A stretch of DNA of 64,000 bases from Octopus sinensis (Eukaryota): the NCBI RefSeq assembly GCF_006345805.1, contig NC_042997.1, positions 149,792,001 to 149,856,000 of the forward strand, in the 5' to 3' direction. Below, one piece after another: positions 24,016-39,110 of the stretch. Position numbers and translations under genes: made by a program. The notes beneath the pieces were generated by a model. That model saw nothing but the letters and a program-made list of their open reading frames with translations. It had not been told where the DNA came from and ran no database searches. Position 1 is the first letter of the stretch. Each line of letters opens with the position of its first letter.

Positions 24016-27000
24016 GGCTAAGGAGAAGGGAAATACCACACGTGCGTTCGTTTATGTGAATTGAAACTCCGCTTGTTCTCTTGCACTGAATCTATAGAAT
24101 TTTTCACAAAACATCAGAGTAAGCATTAATGTCAAAACGTCGCAATTAAAGTAGAATATTACAATTGCATCAATATATTTTATGAAATACATACACTGAC
24201 ATTAGTTTATTGATAGAAGCACACACACATACACACACACATATACCTATTCATATAAGTACAAATAAATGTAAGTTTGTGTTACTGTTTGTATGTATAT
24301 GTATGTGCATAGAAGCATGTATACATACATACAAGCATATATATATATGCGTAATCCTTTATGCGATATCGTGTACAGTTGAATGTATAACACAAACATG
24401 CACAGTATCTACACTCGATTTTATGATGTATCTCTCATTTTATGATGTATCTTGCATGCAGCCATGCAAGCATCCTATAAATTATATTGTATTGAAAACA
24501 TGATGTGAATACTGAGCGCAGTAAGCATGCAATTCCCACACAGACATTGATAGAATAAAGGTTAATGGGATAAAAATACTCTCAAGTATATGCGTGTGTA
24601 TATGAATATATATATATATATATATCAAACACTGGAACGCACGCACAAATATGTATGCGTGTACGTGTATGAACAATAAAGATATAAAGCAAAGGGTGTA
24701 TTTAATGTCATGATCCAACATTAATGATCTAAGCGTTTGTTGGGAGAAACTTATTTGTCGCTTTCATCGCTACATGCTATCTCTTTTGTTCTATTATGCT
24801 ACAAATGCAAATGCTTATTATTGGTTGAAAAATCAGCAAACTCACTAACATATCTCTCAAGCTTCCAACGACGGGATATTCTATGTAGTCACACGGCCTG
24901 CTGAAAATAACAGCTATTTTTCCATAAATAACAAACTAATATCATGCAGAATTTTTTTTAGACACACATTTTTGATTAATGTAATAAATATCTGGACAAA
25001 TTCAAGAACGACGCATGGGTTGTGGGCGTAATGCTTTTCATAGATCTAAAGAACAAGTTTTTCCTGGTGCTAACCAGCAGCAGCATTATACCTAACCATT
25101 AAAGAAGCCAAGAACGCTAAGTGAAATATAATTCTTTCTTTTCTTAATCAAGAGAAATTTATTTCTCACTACACTTATTTTACCTTTTCTTACAGGTATA
25201 GTGTTATTATTGATATTCATCATTATGGTTACTGTTTTCTTTAATTTTCATATTTTATTTGGTGGGGCTGAAGAGGGTGATTTAAAAGAACTTTATCACA
25301 GCTTCGCGTCTACTTCGTCACGAACGTTTCATCAAGAACGTTTATCAATAAATTTATGTCTTCTTATCTCTAATCTCTTCATACTCTACGCGAACAAAAT
25401 GGCTACTTATATCCGTTTATCTATCTTTATTTTTCCTCTTACGTTTCTTCCTCTGCCATTTTCTCCGTATACATATATTTATTTATCTCTTGCTGAAATT
25501 ATTCAAAACTTTCTCTTGTCAGTAGTAATTATCGTAGGTTACTTCAATTTGCTTTAACACTCCTTCAATCTTTGACATTGCTCCACTGCAAACTAGAAAT
25601 GTTTATTAGTCCTGAGTATCACACAACATATATATATATATTATTCTCCTCACATTTATAAAAGCCGACATATTACGCAACATTCTCATCCTATTCATAA
25701 CTCATTCAATATGCTTCATGTAATAACTTCCCATTTACATTCACTCGTAGATAGGAAAGCAAACCACATTGCCACTCATATGATAAAAATACCATAATTT
25801 ACGTTATATCTAAGTTTTCATAGCGCCTAATTGGTGATGGTTTTGCTACATCACCACTAAATACTTTGCTGACAGATATAATTTAAAGTGATATTCCATA
25901 TCAGTATCGAGCATTCCGTTACGTATGACAACTACCTTAGGCTTGTATTCAAGCTATTAACTCGTTTATGTGCGATATTCTTACATTCCCTTCTCTTACT
26001 AGCAATTAGTGGTTATGCTGAAGACACAAAAGTCCTAATATAACTGCATACGTATGATAAAATGTTAGCCATTTTGTGAAGACAAATGGTGCTTGACGGG
26101 CAATTATTTTATTGACACGAGCGATGAATGGCAAAGCTTAACGGACCAGTAGTAAAAATAGTACGTAATGGGTCGAAACCAAAATTCTGTATGGCTTAAG
26201 GTCACGGCACCGGAGTTCTGTTTGTGTGCATATGATTCTGTTTATTTCTTCTAATTTTATACATTAAATATTCAAATTTTCTGCGATAAAGTGGCAATTG
26301 CCCTTTATTCTTGTCTTAAACATAAGGCTCATAGTACCAGCACACTAAACCAATTACATAATACTTCGTTAGTTTCACGTCAAGTTTTGCCTGTCCAAAT
26401 ATACATTCAGTTTTCTTCCCGATTTTGATGATCTAAGAGCCTAAGAAATCACTATAAGTTTGTGGTAGTCATGTGAGTCAAGTAGAGATATCCTAAATGG
26501 TCTTTAGACTGACTAAAGCTGTCAGTCAAATTGCTAATAACCAGCTCGTTACACAGCGAGAAATAAATTAAGACATGACGCAGTGGTTTAAGTAATTTCT
26601 ATACACCTTAACATAACAGATGGTCACGATGAGAATGTGTGTCATTGTAGGCCTATTTTATCAGGGTTGACTCGTAGCTAGACGACAAGTAAAGTGATGA
26701 AAGCAAAAACACAAGCTGCATGGGGGGCAGGGGGCAATTTTCATTAGATTAATGTCTCATTTTGTTATTTTATAGTAGCAGAATAATCATTATCTCAACT
26801 GGTAAACAAAATCTTTTTTTTTTGGTTGAGGAAGTGAGAGCAGCGGTCTTTGTAATCAAAAGTCACTCTCGGGCTATTAAAAACAATTTAGTCATGTCCA
26901 GCTTAAAATTATGCAGGCTGAACAATTGAAAGAATTGTGGATATTAATGGTTGTACATGCTAGAGGTTTGAATGTCTAATGAGGAAGAATGTGTAGAATG

Positions 27001-27989
27001 TATAGCCGAACGCGTTCTATGACAAATAATAGGATGAGAAACTTGTTTATCAGGAAGTCTTTTGGTGAAGACGATATCATGATAACACGTGCTTAGGAAG
27101 CTGAGGCTATTTGCCAGTGCAGAAACCGGTCGACGTGAGTCCAAATACTTGAATTTATGCTGTGAGATTGTCTCAGCCCATTTGCCTTCGGACGGTTGAT
27201 TTCTGTAGTTATTATCAGTGTATTTTGACGATTTAAATAAGAATTTTGACAGTTATTTCCAGCAGGTAGAATATTTAGTATGTCCTTGGATTAATTTTAA
27301 TCATTCAGTTATTTAATGCTTTGTGGTGGTAGGGGGCGCTGCAATCGCCTATATTATTGATTCTGTTATTATAATTTTTAAATTACGGAGGTGTACTCGC
27401 ATAGCAAGTGATTTGATCTGAGATCGTGTGCTGGAACGAAAACAATTGCAGCGTGGAAGGTGTTTGTAAGCCATTTAAGAAACACACAAAAGCCGTTCGA
27501 TTCACTTCAACATTTAACTTTAATATTTTCGTCGCTAAAATCCGCGACCTGTTCACTGACAAAAATCTGTGCTGCATCTGAGAAAGTAACAGTTAGTTCG
27601 TCATATATATGTACGTATGTATGTGTGTATGTATGTATACACGCATGTATGCATGTATGTATGTACGTACATACGCCTGTGTATGTATGTATGTATGTAT
27701 GTATACATGTATGTGTGCGTATATGCACGCACATACACACTATAAACATAAAGCTATAAACCTGTAGTGATGGATGATGTAGACTGACCACTCATCACAA
27801 TAATATCAAATTTCAACCTCCCCCACCGAAACTAGGAAGTGATTTACGACCCTCACCCCCTGAAAACAAAACCCTAAAACCTATTATCAGACATTTATCT
27901 CTATATCACAGAACTTTTGTTTTACTATTACTTGTATTTTTTCCCTCCCTACATCTAGTTAGTTCAGGTCAAATATATATACGTATGTA

Positions 27990-28020
<31 letters not shown>

Positions 28021-28737
28021 ATGCATGTGTGTATGTACATACGTACACATGTGCGTATGTATGTATACGCGCACGTATGCATGCGCCCATGTATGTGTGT
28101 GCGTACATGTACGTGCGTACATGTACGTGCGTATGTACGTGTGTATGCCCATACGTAGGTATGTATGTATGTTTGTATTCATGTGCTACGTATGTATGTG
28201 AGTGTCTAGGAGAATGGGCAGACGCGTCTGTGAGAGTGTGTACATGTGTATGTGTATGTGAACGTATGTCCGTGTACTGGTATGTGTCCGTCCAAGTTGT
28301 GTACATGACTGTTACTTTGTTGAAGGTTGTATACATACTCACATATATGTTTGTATAGACGCACACACACATATATATATATGTGGGTGTGTGTTTGTAT
28401 AGACGCACACACATATATATATATGTGTGTGGGTGTGTGTTTGTTCCTCTCATCACCGTCTATATGTGAATGGATACAACGTTTAGGTGCAACTGTGCAC
28501 ATATGACCATACCCATATACGCAAGTACACACAATCATATAAACACACTCATAAATATACATATAATCTTAAACTACTCGTATATATTTCTAATCCACTT
28601 CTACGTACATATGTCCCATTACACACATACACACACACGCATACACACACGCATAAACATACATACACACACCTACACACACATGCATACAAAATCCGAC
28701 ACAGTATTTTATATTTATATACTCTTACTCTTTACTC

Positions 28738-28788
28738 TCTTTTACTTGTTTCAGTCATTTGACTGCGGCCATGCTGGAGCACCATGCA
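28738..28788 (-). mobile_element. SINE 3' end fragment
   Basis: TTTTACTTGTTTCAGTCATTTGACTGCGGCCATGCTGGAGCACC, as at 53835-53875. Confidence 0.75.
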
Positions 28789-31157
28789 ACAATTTTTAAA
28801 TTGTTACACTAGATAATAAGAGAGTCAATGTTATCTTCGCAAATTATATTTTCGTGACTTATTTATTCTCTTGAATTATTTGCTCCGTATTGAAATTATG
28901 TGTATGTGTGTGTGTGTGTGTGTGTGTGCGTGAGCGCGCGCGTGTGTGTGTGTGTAAGATTAACACCAAAAATGATATTATAGTAAAGGTTAATCTCGAA
29001 AGATCTACTTGCAAGTTTACAATCCAATAGAAAGAAAACTGTACAATAGAGTTTTTATTGGTCGGTGAGTGAATCTCAGTTAAATGAAATATGTTGCACC
29101 AGTTTCAATTTTTATAGCCCGCTGTGATGTGTATATGCATGTACTTTAATAGACGTCTCGCATAAACCTTGTGCAGTTTGAGTAAACTGAAGAACTTCAG
29201 ATTTTTTTTGCACCGAAGAGGTTTTGTCTTTGTGATGCTCTTAGGTACTTGGGTGTCTGTTGCTAATGAAGCGCAATTTAAGATAACATCATGTGATCCA
29301 AAATTTCCATCTACAGGTGTTGCTAAAATTTCAACAACAAATAAAATTTATTCTTTTTAGCACTTAAGAGATGATTTGTAAGGACGATTACCGAAGTCTA
29401 TGGCGTTCTTAACAACATAGTGGATATGTAAATTAATACTTGTTTTCTTACTGTTTGGAGTATTTAGTTTCTTGTTAGAGGGGACCAGATTATTATGTTC
29501 ATTTTTGAATAATTTCAATAAAAGATCGTTCATGGAACCTGTGCAATACCAACATGAAACACAAATGTTATATTAGGATTATGCTAATGCTAAAAGTATT
29601 ACGTAGAGCATGCAAGCAAGTTAGCCTCACCTGAGTGACCCAAACTTTAAGAAACAGGGTATGATGGTAATATTGATAAAGTATTTTATCATAAGTTTAT
29701 TCTTTAAGGACTAACCAGGGACAAATAGTACTTCAGTGTAGGAGGGTTGAAGATCGTTTCCATATAATTGTGTTGGGGGATAACTGTATATATAGTTAAT
29801 ATATAGTAAATAACAGCTAGTGACATAGTTAAATGAGCCATATGGAAATTGAATGAAGTCACTTTAGAGGAGGATTTGTATATTCGTTGCAATGAACTTC
29901 TCAAAAGTCAAACCTGGAAAACAAGAGGCTTCAAACGGATATCGAAACCGTGCAGCAGTTTCAATGCACCAGAAACATGAAAACATGTCACTTGGCTTGC
30001 AAACCTAAGCAGAAAACTGCAATGTGTAGTGTTGAAGTAATCATGTTTGCAAGGACGAAAGTTTTGATGGTGTCATTATATTCTATAAATATTAATTGAT
30101 TTGATACAAGCCAAATAAAAATTAAATGATTATTAAAAAAGAAAACAAAAACAAGAACAGCAGTAGCAGCAACAACAACAACAACAATAATAATATTTCT
30201 CAAAACTTCGAGTATTTATTTGTTAAATGGGATGGAGAAAATAATTGCAACGTATTATATGATTTTCTTTTTATTCTATGTTATTTAAATATATATATGT
30301 TTTATAATGTATTTTTATTTCATCATTCTTAAAGGAAATATTTTGTATTTAACGTTTTGTTATAACACTGATGTACTACCTCTAATTTTAAAATAGAGAA
30401 TAAAGAAATAAACAAGAAAGGATCGGAAAGAAAGAGTAATGTAACGTAGTAGAACATTTGTCCGTTTTCTTTTTCTTTCGTCTTCATTGATATCTGGAAG
30501 TCGTTTTCTCCAGATAGACTTGCACAGCTTCTGTTTACAGCCATAACATTAGTCGGCATTTTTTGACTGAGTTCAAGATTGCATTGTTAGTGAAATAATA
30601 ATACTTATAATGCAAATAATAGAAGAAAATGAAGAAATAAAAATACATTGAATTCTTTAAAATACTCTAAAAAATTGCGCGAATACTGAAGAAAGAAGAA
30701 AAAAAAGTGGTATATGATATTGGAATTATGCTTCGGTGTGGATATTAAGACAAAGTCAACTGTTATAATTTAAAATCCACTCTTCGTACCTTCTTTTTTA
30801 ACATTCAATTATTTATTATTTTCGTAAGTGATTGTATCTTCGACTGTGTATTTATGAATTCATACGTGCTATGGATGTGTATGTGTGTGCACGCGTGTGT
30901 CTGCGTGTGCGTGCATGTGTGGTCATATAATTTTCTGATTTCTACACGAATAATTATATTCATGTATTTCCATGCCTGTTGCATGTTTGATTTTAGTTGT
31001 AGTCCCATGTGTAATCTCTTTCTCTCTCACTCTCTCACGCACACTCACATACACATACATGTACACACACACACTATCTTTCACACTCTTGCTAAAACAC
31101 GCATACTTGTTCGCATTGACACAAAAAGACATGCGCACACACATGCATACATACACA

Positions 31158-31202
<45 letters not shown>

Positions 31203-33414
31203 ATATGGATATATGGCTACTTAAATCACATCACTTAGCAGATGCCTTCACTGCTGTTGCAAATTTAAAAACCTACGATGACCTGGTCAGCTATCAACAC
31301 TGCTGTAATTGAAAGCATTCTCATTGTCTCTAATTCTGTAAATCCTTCTAAAAGAGACACCTCCAAAGAGACACCCTACTGTACTTCTGTTTATTTTGGC
31401 ACACAATTTACTGGCATTCCTCCTCCAAAAATCAAATGATTATATGCTAGAGTCTACAACAGTATGAAACATAAATACAACCTATAATTTCTTTGTTGAG
31501 GACCTAAGTATCTATACTGTAAATATGCACAATTCTGAGAAAACAGCTGGATTTAATAACAGCGTATTTCGCTGTTATAGGGATGGAATTCATCCAAAAG
31601 AAGTGTTCATAGTTAATAGCTCAATGTAGGAAGATTGCTTTTCTTTCCGAAAATATTTACTTCACCTCTGTGTTTCTCTTGTTCTACCCACTGAGAGATA
31701 TACATCCTTAGGTATTGACAATATTGTAGCATTCAAAAGTCATGTGAAAAAATTAGAACGACTGCCATGCTACTGTATCTTTCGGAACATTTCCCTTACA
31801 AGTTCATATTCTGTAGTGTACTACAAACATTTCCATTTCATTATTATTAACAGCCACACAGTCCTATTCTCAACAAGAATCTTCCAGAGAAATAGTGATT
31901 TTTGATGCAACTTCTGCCAATATGGTGTATTAAAATCATAGTTTGTGAAAAACAATCAAAATACGCTAATCTCTCAGGATTTTTACAATAGCATTTTGTA
32001 TCCGTATACACTTTTACATGTACTTATAATTATATGTATTTATATGAGTGTTTCATATAAACAACGAAAAGTGAAGCATTTGCTAATATCTCTCCCAATG
32101 CTTATGTCTAGAATGGCAGCATTCTAGTGTTCAGACTATTTTTCGTGCTTGTTGAAATTTAGCTCTTGGATGTTTCTGGGATATTTTACTTTCTTTACTT
32201 CATGTGAATTCTTACAACGAGTTGTAGATGTCCGTTGTGTATCGTAAACTTAAGTCTTGCAATCTCTTCATTTCCTAATGTAGCGACTTAGTCCACCACG
32301 AACGTGGGTAGAAAGAGTAGAATTATTACTGCCTTCATTATTTACACAATTTGGATTATGTACAGGGAAAGAGTATTTCTGTAGTAAGTAACACAGTATG
32401 GTAGTTTGTTCGATGATTATGCGTCTTTGCATGCATTATGTAATATATCCCATTGCTTTTACCAAAGAAATGTTCATAAAGGGATATTTTGAGTAAGTAC
32501 ATGTGTGCTTCGCCACTCTTCTTTAAGATCTCTAGTAAATCTTCGATTGAACATATACTAAATTTCTCTGGGGTGTGTTATTTGATAATATAATATACTT
32601 GTAGTGTGACCTCATGTGTTAGTGGATGCTATTGAATTTCTTTTGCAAGGAAAACCGCTGTTTTGTTAGTTTATTGTCACTACTTAGCAAATACACGCTG
32701 GGAAGATATATTTTTCTTCCATAAAATGATGAGATCCTATATGTGCACTCACTTGCAAGAATTTATTCAGTTTCAATATTTAGTTAGGAGTTATTGTCCT
32801 AAAATGCATAATAAAATGTATTGCACCATTAACGAACACTAACAAATAACATAATAATGATTTATATGCAATATACAAATTTAGTTGCTGACGTATGTGA
32901 TGTTAACTTCATGTCTCCGAGTATTGTATTTGCCCGGCAAGAGTAGACATTTTGATGTTTCTAGTGTAAATGTGATCGTTAAGATAAACGGCTACCTAGT
33001 GAGACCTGACTCCTCATTTACCGGTTCCATTGTAGAAACGTAGATATTAAGTCTAAAATATAAATTTGGTTGAAAGACATGCTTTATCTCTTGGTAACAA
33101 TTGTATGTGAAAAGAAGAGAATATTCACCAGGTAGTTGAACGAATTTCAATGGATTCCACTAGCTAATAATTTTACAAAGCATGGAATCTCTAATTGAAT
33201 AAAGCTTCAGACAAGAATCAACTAATCATAGAAGGTTTAATATGAGCAGATTTCTTTCAGACGAAAGAAGTTTTACATGCAAAACACAAAATACACTAGC
33301 GTTAGGATACCGAAATAACATATAAGATGTGTGAGTGCGTTCGTGTGTGTGTGTGTGTGTGTGTGTGTCTGTGTGTGTGTCTGTGTGTGTGTCTGTGTGT
33401 GTGTGTGTGTCTGT

Positions 33415-33454
<40 letters not shown>

Positions 33455-34196
33455 GTGAATGTGAGCATGTGTGAACGAAATCGACGACAGGCAATCGTCC
33501 GTAATATTTGTTTACTCTTTAATCTCACTACAAGCGTAAACAAATACACGACTCAGATAATTTATGAAATTATAGAAATTACAATATTATTAAATGTCTA
33601 AATTTGTTCGGGTCAGAAGAAATGTATCTCTTTATAGAGAGTTGGAAATATGAAGTCTATAGTTCTTCGACATTGCGACACGATTGTTGCTTTTGTTATG
33701 AAAGGATGATATTGTTTGGCATTGAAATTGATGTGCTGGACACATGCTAGTTGTCGGGAGATCTTGAAGTAATGCGTTTTCCCAAACTTGAATAATTTTA
33801 CAACTGTTCTGAATACTCTGACTGCAATTACAATTGGAATATTTGTACGGTTAAATGACACCATCCTAAAAAGGGTTAGCTGCCGTGGTGCATTCAACTT
33901 AACTACGAAATGAAATCTTCGTTCAAACGGTAGGTCGTAGAAATTTCTTCTTGATTCAGACCAATAATATATGTCTACATAATGTAATATAATCTTCAGC
34001 TATACAGCTAGGAGAGTTAAGCCAAAGCGTACATTCAACAGTAAGTGAAACATTACCAAATTACTCAAGTTTATAAAATTTAGAATATTCTCCAATTACG
34101 GACACAAATATAACTATCTTTCTACTCAGGAAAGGCCGAACAATCGAAATAATATTACATATTGTAGCTTTTCCCTTCTTCTTCTTCTTGTTATTC

Positions 34197-34245
<49 letters not shown>

Positions 34246-34268
34246 GATTATTATTATTATTATTATTA

Positions 34269-34320
<52 letters not shown>

Positions 34321-34333
34321 CATTATTATTATT

Positions 34334-34378
<45 letters not shown>

Positions 34379-34409
34379 TTTGTTTTTGTTGTTGCTGTTA
34401 TTATTATTA

Positions 34410-34972
34410 TTGAGTGAGTGAGAGAGGACTGCATGCCATCAAAGTGACACTGGAGTAAAATATACGAAGCCCAGTATACACATCATGATTACCCGTCTGA
34501 TAAGGGTACACTAGGCACATGCATTACAACCATATGTGCTCGACATGGTGATCTCATATCAAGATAAACAGCACATAACCTTGCAGGTGGGGGCCTAGTT
34601 AGAATTTTCTTCTGGTCGAGTAACCAATGTCGCTCAAAAGGTCCCTGAATAAGGGTTGTTTAAGGGTGTTGAACGAAGCACCCATGTTTCCTGAGGTGAA
34701 TTATTCAAACCCCAGAGAATGCCTCTCAACACACGGCTATGATGATCCCCCACTACTTCTGCTCGTGATCAGAGATACACATATCATCAGCCACTAAGGG
34801 ACATGGTCAACTGGTTATGGTCAAATTACATGACAAGCAAAACTGTGGTGTAGAGCAGAATATTTGCTGTAGCCCATCTTTTATACCAAGATAAAACAAT
34901 GTACATGATAACACTACTAATCAGTTAAGATCAGAAGCCATGAGAGCCACTGCCTGGTACTGCATCGGGGCA

Positions 34973-34975
<3 letters not shown>
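34410..34975 (-). mobile_element. ~560-bp (TAA)n-flanked element, copy 2
   Basis: Reverse complement is colinear with 737-1294. Flanked by (TTA)n at about 34197-34409 and 34977-35029. Confidence 0.85.
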
Positions 34976-35029
<54 letters not shown>

Positions 35030-35032
<3 letters not shown>

Positions 35033-35321
35033 TAGTTTTATTTTTATAGCGTGCTTTCACTTCACTACCGAGCACAGCTCTGTGTGCCTTGGGTATGTGC
35101 TGTGATTTGTTGTGATGCTCTGATGGTTATTGTATGGAAAGTGTTCTGCGTAGGATGTGTGCAGTGCCTAGTAGTGCAATTTTCTGTATGTTATATGTGT
35201 TTGTAAGTCCTGGTGTTTTTGTTATGTATTTGTCTGAATATTTTTTTATCATGCCTAATGCACCTACTATGATAGGAATTGTTTCTGTTTTCAGATTCCA
35301 CATTCTAGTTACCTCTATTTC
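35030..35321 (-). mobile_element. 5'-truncated R4/Dong-type LINE 3' end (family 2)
   Basis: Uninterrupted frame 35321->35127: EIEVTRMWNLKTETIPIIVGALGMIKKYSDKYITKTPGLTNTYNIQKIALLGTAHILRRTLSIQ*. The 3' UTR differs from family 1 and is followed by (TAA)n. Confidence 0.88.
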
Positions 35322-35382
<61 letters not shown>

Positions 35383-36264
35383 TGGTATATATTAATATTT
35401 CTAGAAACAAAGCTGAAGTATTTAATAATAATCTATCTAAAACTTTGTCCTTCGTGATTACAATAAAACTAAGAGAAAGAAGTATCACTGGGATACAGCC
35501 AAATATTGCTGTCTTTAGCATGTACACTATATTTTACAATAATGAAAAGACAGAATCCCATCTTCGAAACGTAAGTATTGAAAATAATAGAAATCATTTT
35601 TGGCTGGAAATAACAATATATTTTCTGGAATGGCTTTTCTACAGACTGAATGAGAAACCAGCGTCAGAGAAAATGAAGGATAGGGTCAGACTGAAATAAT
35701 ATATTAATCATCATATCGTCAGTTCGCTGATGATTACAACTTTTTATCTCAATATTATAGATGAGATATTGTTTTGTTCTTTGTTTTGCCTGTAGTACTT
35801 CTTTCCTTCTTGACACTTTTAAGCACCATAAATATCATCAAATTGCTCTCTAAGACAGACATCACGAGCTACCAATGTCAATAGAATGGTCTACAGTTAT
35901 TGCATTACTTATGTGAATGTCTATATATGTGTGTGTACGTGTGTGCGCACGTGTCAGTATGAATACAGAACTGTATAGAAAGATGTCCGCATACTGTATT
36001 ATGCAGACTTTTATAACATATAACTTAATATAAGTGATAAATAAATAATGAATATGATGTGTTAGTAATGCATATATACATAATGTGTGTAACGAAAGGA
36101 TATGTTTGCCTGAGTGCTTCTATGAAAATTATGCACATTCTTTAGTTATTCAGTCTGTTGTACCCAACGTAGCTATGATCATACTGGAATGGTGCCTTCA
36201 CACATACGCAGATTTTTGCTTATATGCATGCAAATACACACACACACACGCACACACATATAAC

Positions 36265-36535
36265 TGTGTTACCAATTTTGACCCTCCGCAAAATCCAAAA
36301 CTTTATTTAATTTATTTTGCGGGAGCAACTGTTTTATCGAAAGCGTATCTTGTTGTTAAATGCTCGAAATACGACAGTAGAAAAACAGCCAACAATTGAT
36401 GAAGGGTCGTTCTTTGATTTGCTTGTCTTTTTTTCCATTTGTGTCTTCCGTCGTTCGAAAAAATAGTTCATAGTCCATTTATTCATACTTCGTATTTTTC
36501 GTTGTACACGTTTCTTGATGTCCTGTGCCCACAAA
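36265..36535 (+). repeat. Interspersed repeat, copy 2 (homolog of 9190-9445)
   Basis: Direct sequence colinearity with copy 1. Confidence 0.75.
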
Positions 36536-36750
36536 TTCATATATATATATATATATATATATAACTTAGAATAACTTAGACACTATGGAACATATATATA
36601 TATATATGTATGTATATGTATCTATGTATGTGTATGCATATACGTGCAGATGTATGTACATATACGTATGTATATATGCATATGTATATATGTATATATA
36701 TATATACATATATACATTATTTATATTATATATATAAATTTAATAGAGTG

Positions 36751-36863
<113 letters not shown>

Positions 36864-37791
36864 CAAATCTAGACTGTATATATATAATCTATTTTGCCAG
36901 ACAGCATGAAAATCCCAGAACAGTGCATACAATCTCAAAATCAATGCGGTCTTTCTCATTAAACATTTAAAATACACGCTGTAGAATGAGGAGGAGATGT
37001 ACAGAGTTAATTCATTATCATTTTCTCAGATACAGGTAACAGTGACTGAGACCAATGCCACTTTATGCTTCATGCTTTCATACTTACAATCTTTCAATCC
37101 GATTATTCAGTTACATAACTGCCGTGCTTCAACATTAGTCAATTATTCCTGCATGGACATCACTTATTCCCAGATGACACAGTATAATGAGTTATATACC
37201 TAAGTGATCGTTACATAATAACCAATCTGTAACTGTCGAAACGATTTCACTTGCCCACTAATAGCATTCCCTTGTACATCGATCAGCTTTCAAATATAGT
37301 TACAAACAGCTTTCTCATTCATTTACATTAAACAGAACAGTAATAAACTGCTGGATAGCTATTCTAGAGACGTAGAGGAAACTCAGGCACAAATAATCTA
37401 AACAACTTCGAGTAAAATGAACTGTGGTTAACGTCATTGGGCATTTTTTCAAAAAACCTCGAACGGGAAGGTTTTTTGTAACGGGAAAAAGTCTAGAAAA
37501 ATAGACTATGATATCACTTCCCAAAGTAGATCCATAAATGAGATCAGTAAAGCACGAGGTCGTATAATCACATTAAGCTAAAAGAAACAGAATTGTATTA
37601 CAATTTGATGAAGACTACCAGGCGAAGTTACCAAGTGATTCAGGTCACTTGGTAAGATTTTTACATGAAAATCGGTGCTTGAGTTACTATCTAAACAGTG
37701 CTAATTAAAACGAATACTATACTTATATCTTTTGCTTTGAGATCTATTTTCATTTTTTTGTACTACCCAACCGCTGTCTGTCTCTCTATCA

Positions 37792-37853
<62 letters not shown>

Positions 37854-37866
37854 ATATCTATCTATC

Positions 37867-37928
<62 letters not shown>

Positions 37929-38430
37929 GATATACGTACATACCAGCAGTAATACACAAACACACAAATACACAAACACACACACTCGTATACAGAAAAC
38001 GAGGGACAGAGCGTAAAAATTAGTGTTTTCTATTCATAATTTCTCATTGGTATGATGTATTGGCTCTATGCATGAGTAAGTTTTGTTACGTAGCAACGTG
38101 GCGATTACATGTTGATCCATGTAACAACATTTAAGGACATAGCTAAATATATTAGGGAACGATTCAAGTGTAAATCCTCAGAAACGAATATTTTCGAAAT
38201 ATGGTTGTTTTTAATTGAATACGCCCGTAAATTGGAAACAAGGGAATTGGACTATTAGTTAATATATATAAAGTTTATAGATGTTTAAGAAGTTTATTTT
38301 GAGATATCCTAATATTACTTTCGATAAGGACTAGAATCAACTTGCCAGCTTCGATAGTTTTTGTGAGACAAACCAATATAATTAAATTTGAATATGAATA
38401 CATTATTGATACCTATAAGTTACTTTAAGT

Positions 38431-38617
38431 GGCGAGCTGGCAGAATACTTATCATTTTCGCCATTTTTAAGTTCAGAGTTCAAATTACGCCGAGGTCTAC
38501 TTTCATTTTCATCCTATTAGGGTCGATAAAATATGTACCAGATGAATACTGTGGTCGATGTAATCGACTCATCCCCTCCCTCAAAATCACTAGCCTTGTC
38601 CCAAAAATTAAACGAAT
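38431..38617 (+). mobile_element. SINE family A copy
   Basis: GGCGAGCTGGCAGAAT...GAGTTCAAATTACGCCGAGGTC...GGTCGATGTAATCGACT...CCCCTCCC. Confidence 0.8.
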
Positions 38618-38668
38618 ACTCTTATGTGACAATACTAATATTTCTGCAGACAGATAAATATAATCTTC

Positions 38669-39110
38669 GGATCTTTTCGGTTTGAACGGCAGTTTTTTCT
38701 AGCGGTGTCATATGAAATTGTCACCCATAATTATGAACCTAGTATCGATCTATTGCATTTCAATCTGTTTTAGGGTTAGTTAGGGTTAGTTACGTATAGG
38801 GTTAGGGGTGGGGGAAAGGGTATCTTTTTTTCTTCACAAATGTAAATAAACCCAATCTGTTTCTTAAACGAGGAACATATTCATACGGCACAGAATGTTT
38901 TTTTTTTTACCTCAATGGACGTAATTGATTGGTTGAAATTGCAGAAATTGAAGAAAAATAATAACAAATATTTTACAAACTATAGAATTTTCTCAATAAA
39001 GCCAAGAGAAAAAGATGTTTTATAAACACATTCTACCAGTATATGAAGTTTAAAATTTTTTAGTTACCTAGAAATTATGTTAAAAACTGCCGTTCAAACC
39101 GAAAAGATCT
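38669..39110. mobile_element. Non-autonomous DNA transposon (MITE) with TIRs and 8-bp TSD
   Basis: GATCTTTTCGGTTTGAACGGCAGTTTTT (38670-38697) is the exact reverse complement of 39082-39109. TAATCTTC flanks both ends (38661-38668 and 39111-39118). An 8-bp TSD is compatible with hAT, P or Merlin. Confidence 0.92.

Noticed and set aside
14269-24855. Exact 16-mer ACTCACTAACATATCT at 14269 and 24840
   Set aside because: A rough estimate gives on the order of one or more such matches by chance in 64 kb of AT-rich sequence.
37628-37655. Perfect 11-bp hairpin TTACCAAGTGA/TCACTTGGTAA
   Set aside because: Isolated and short; within what chance could give in 64 kb of AT-rich DNA.
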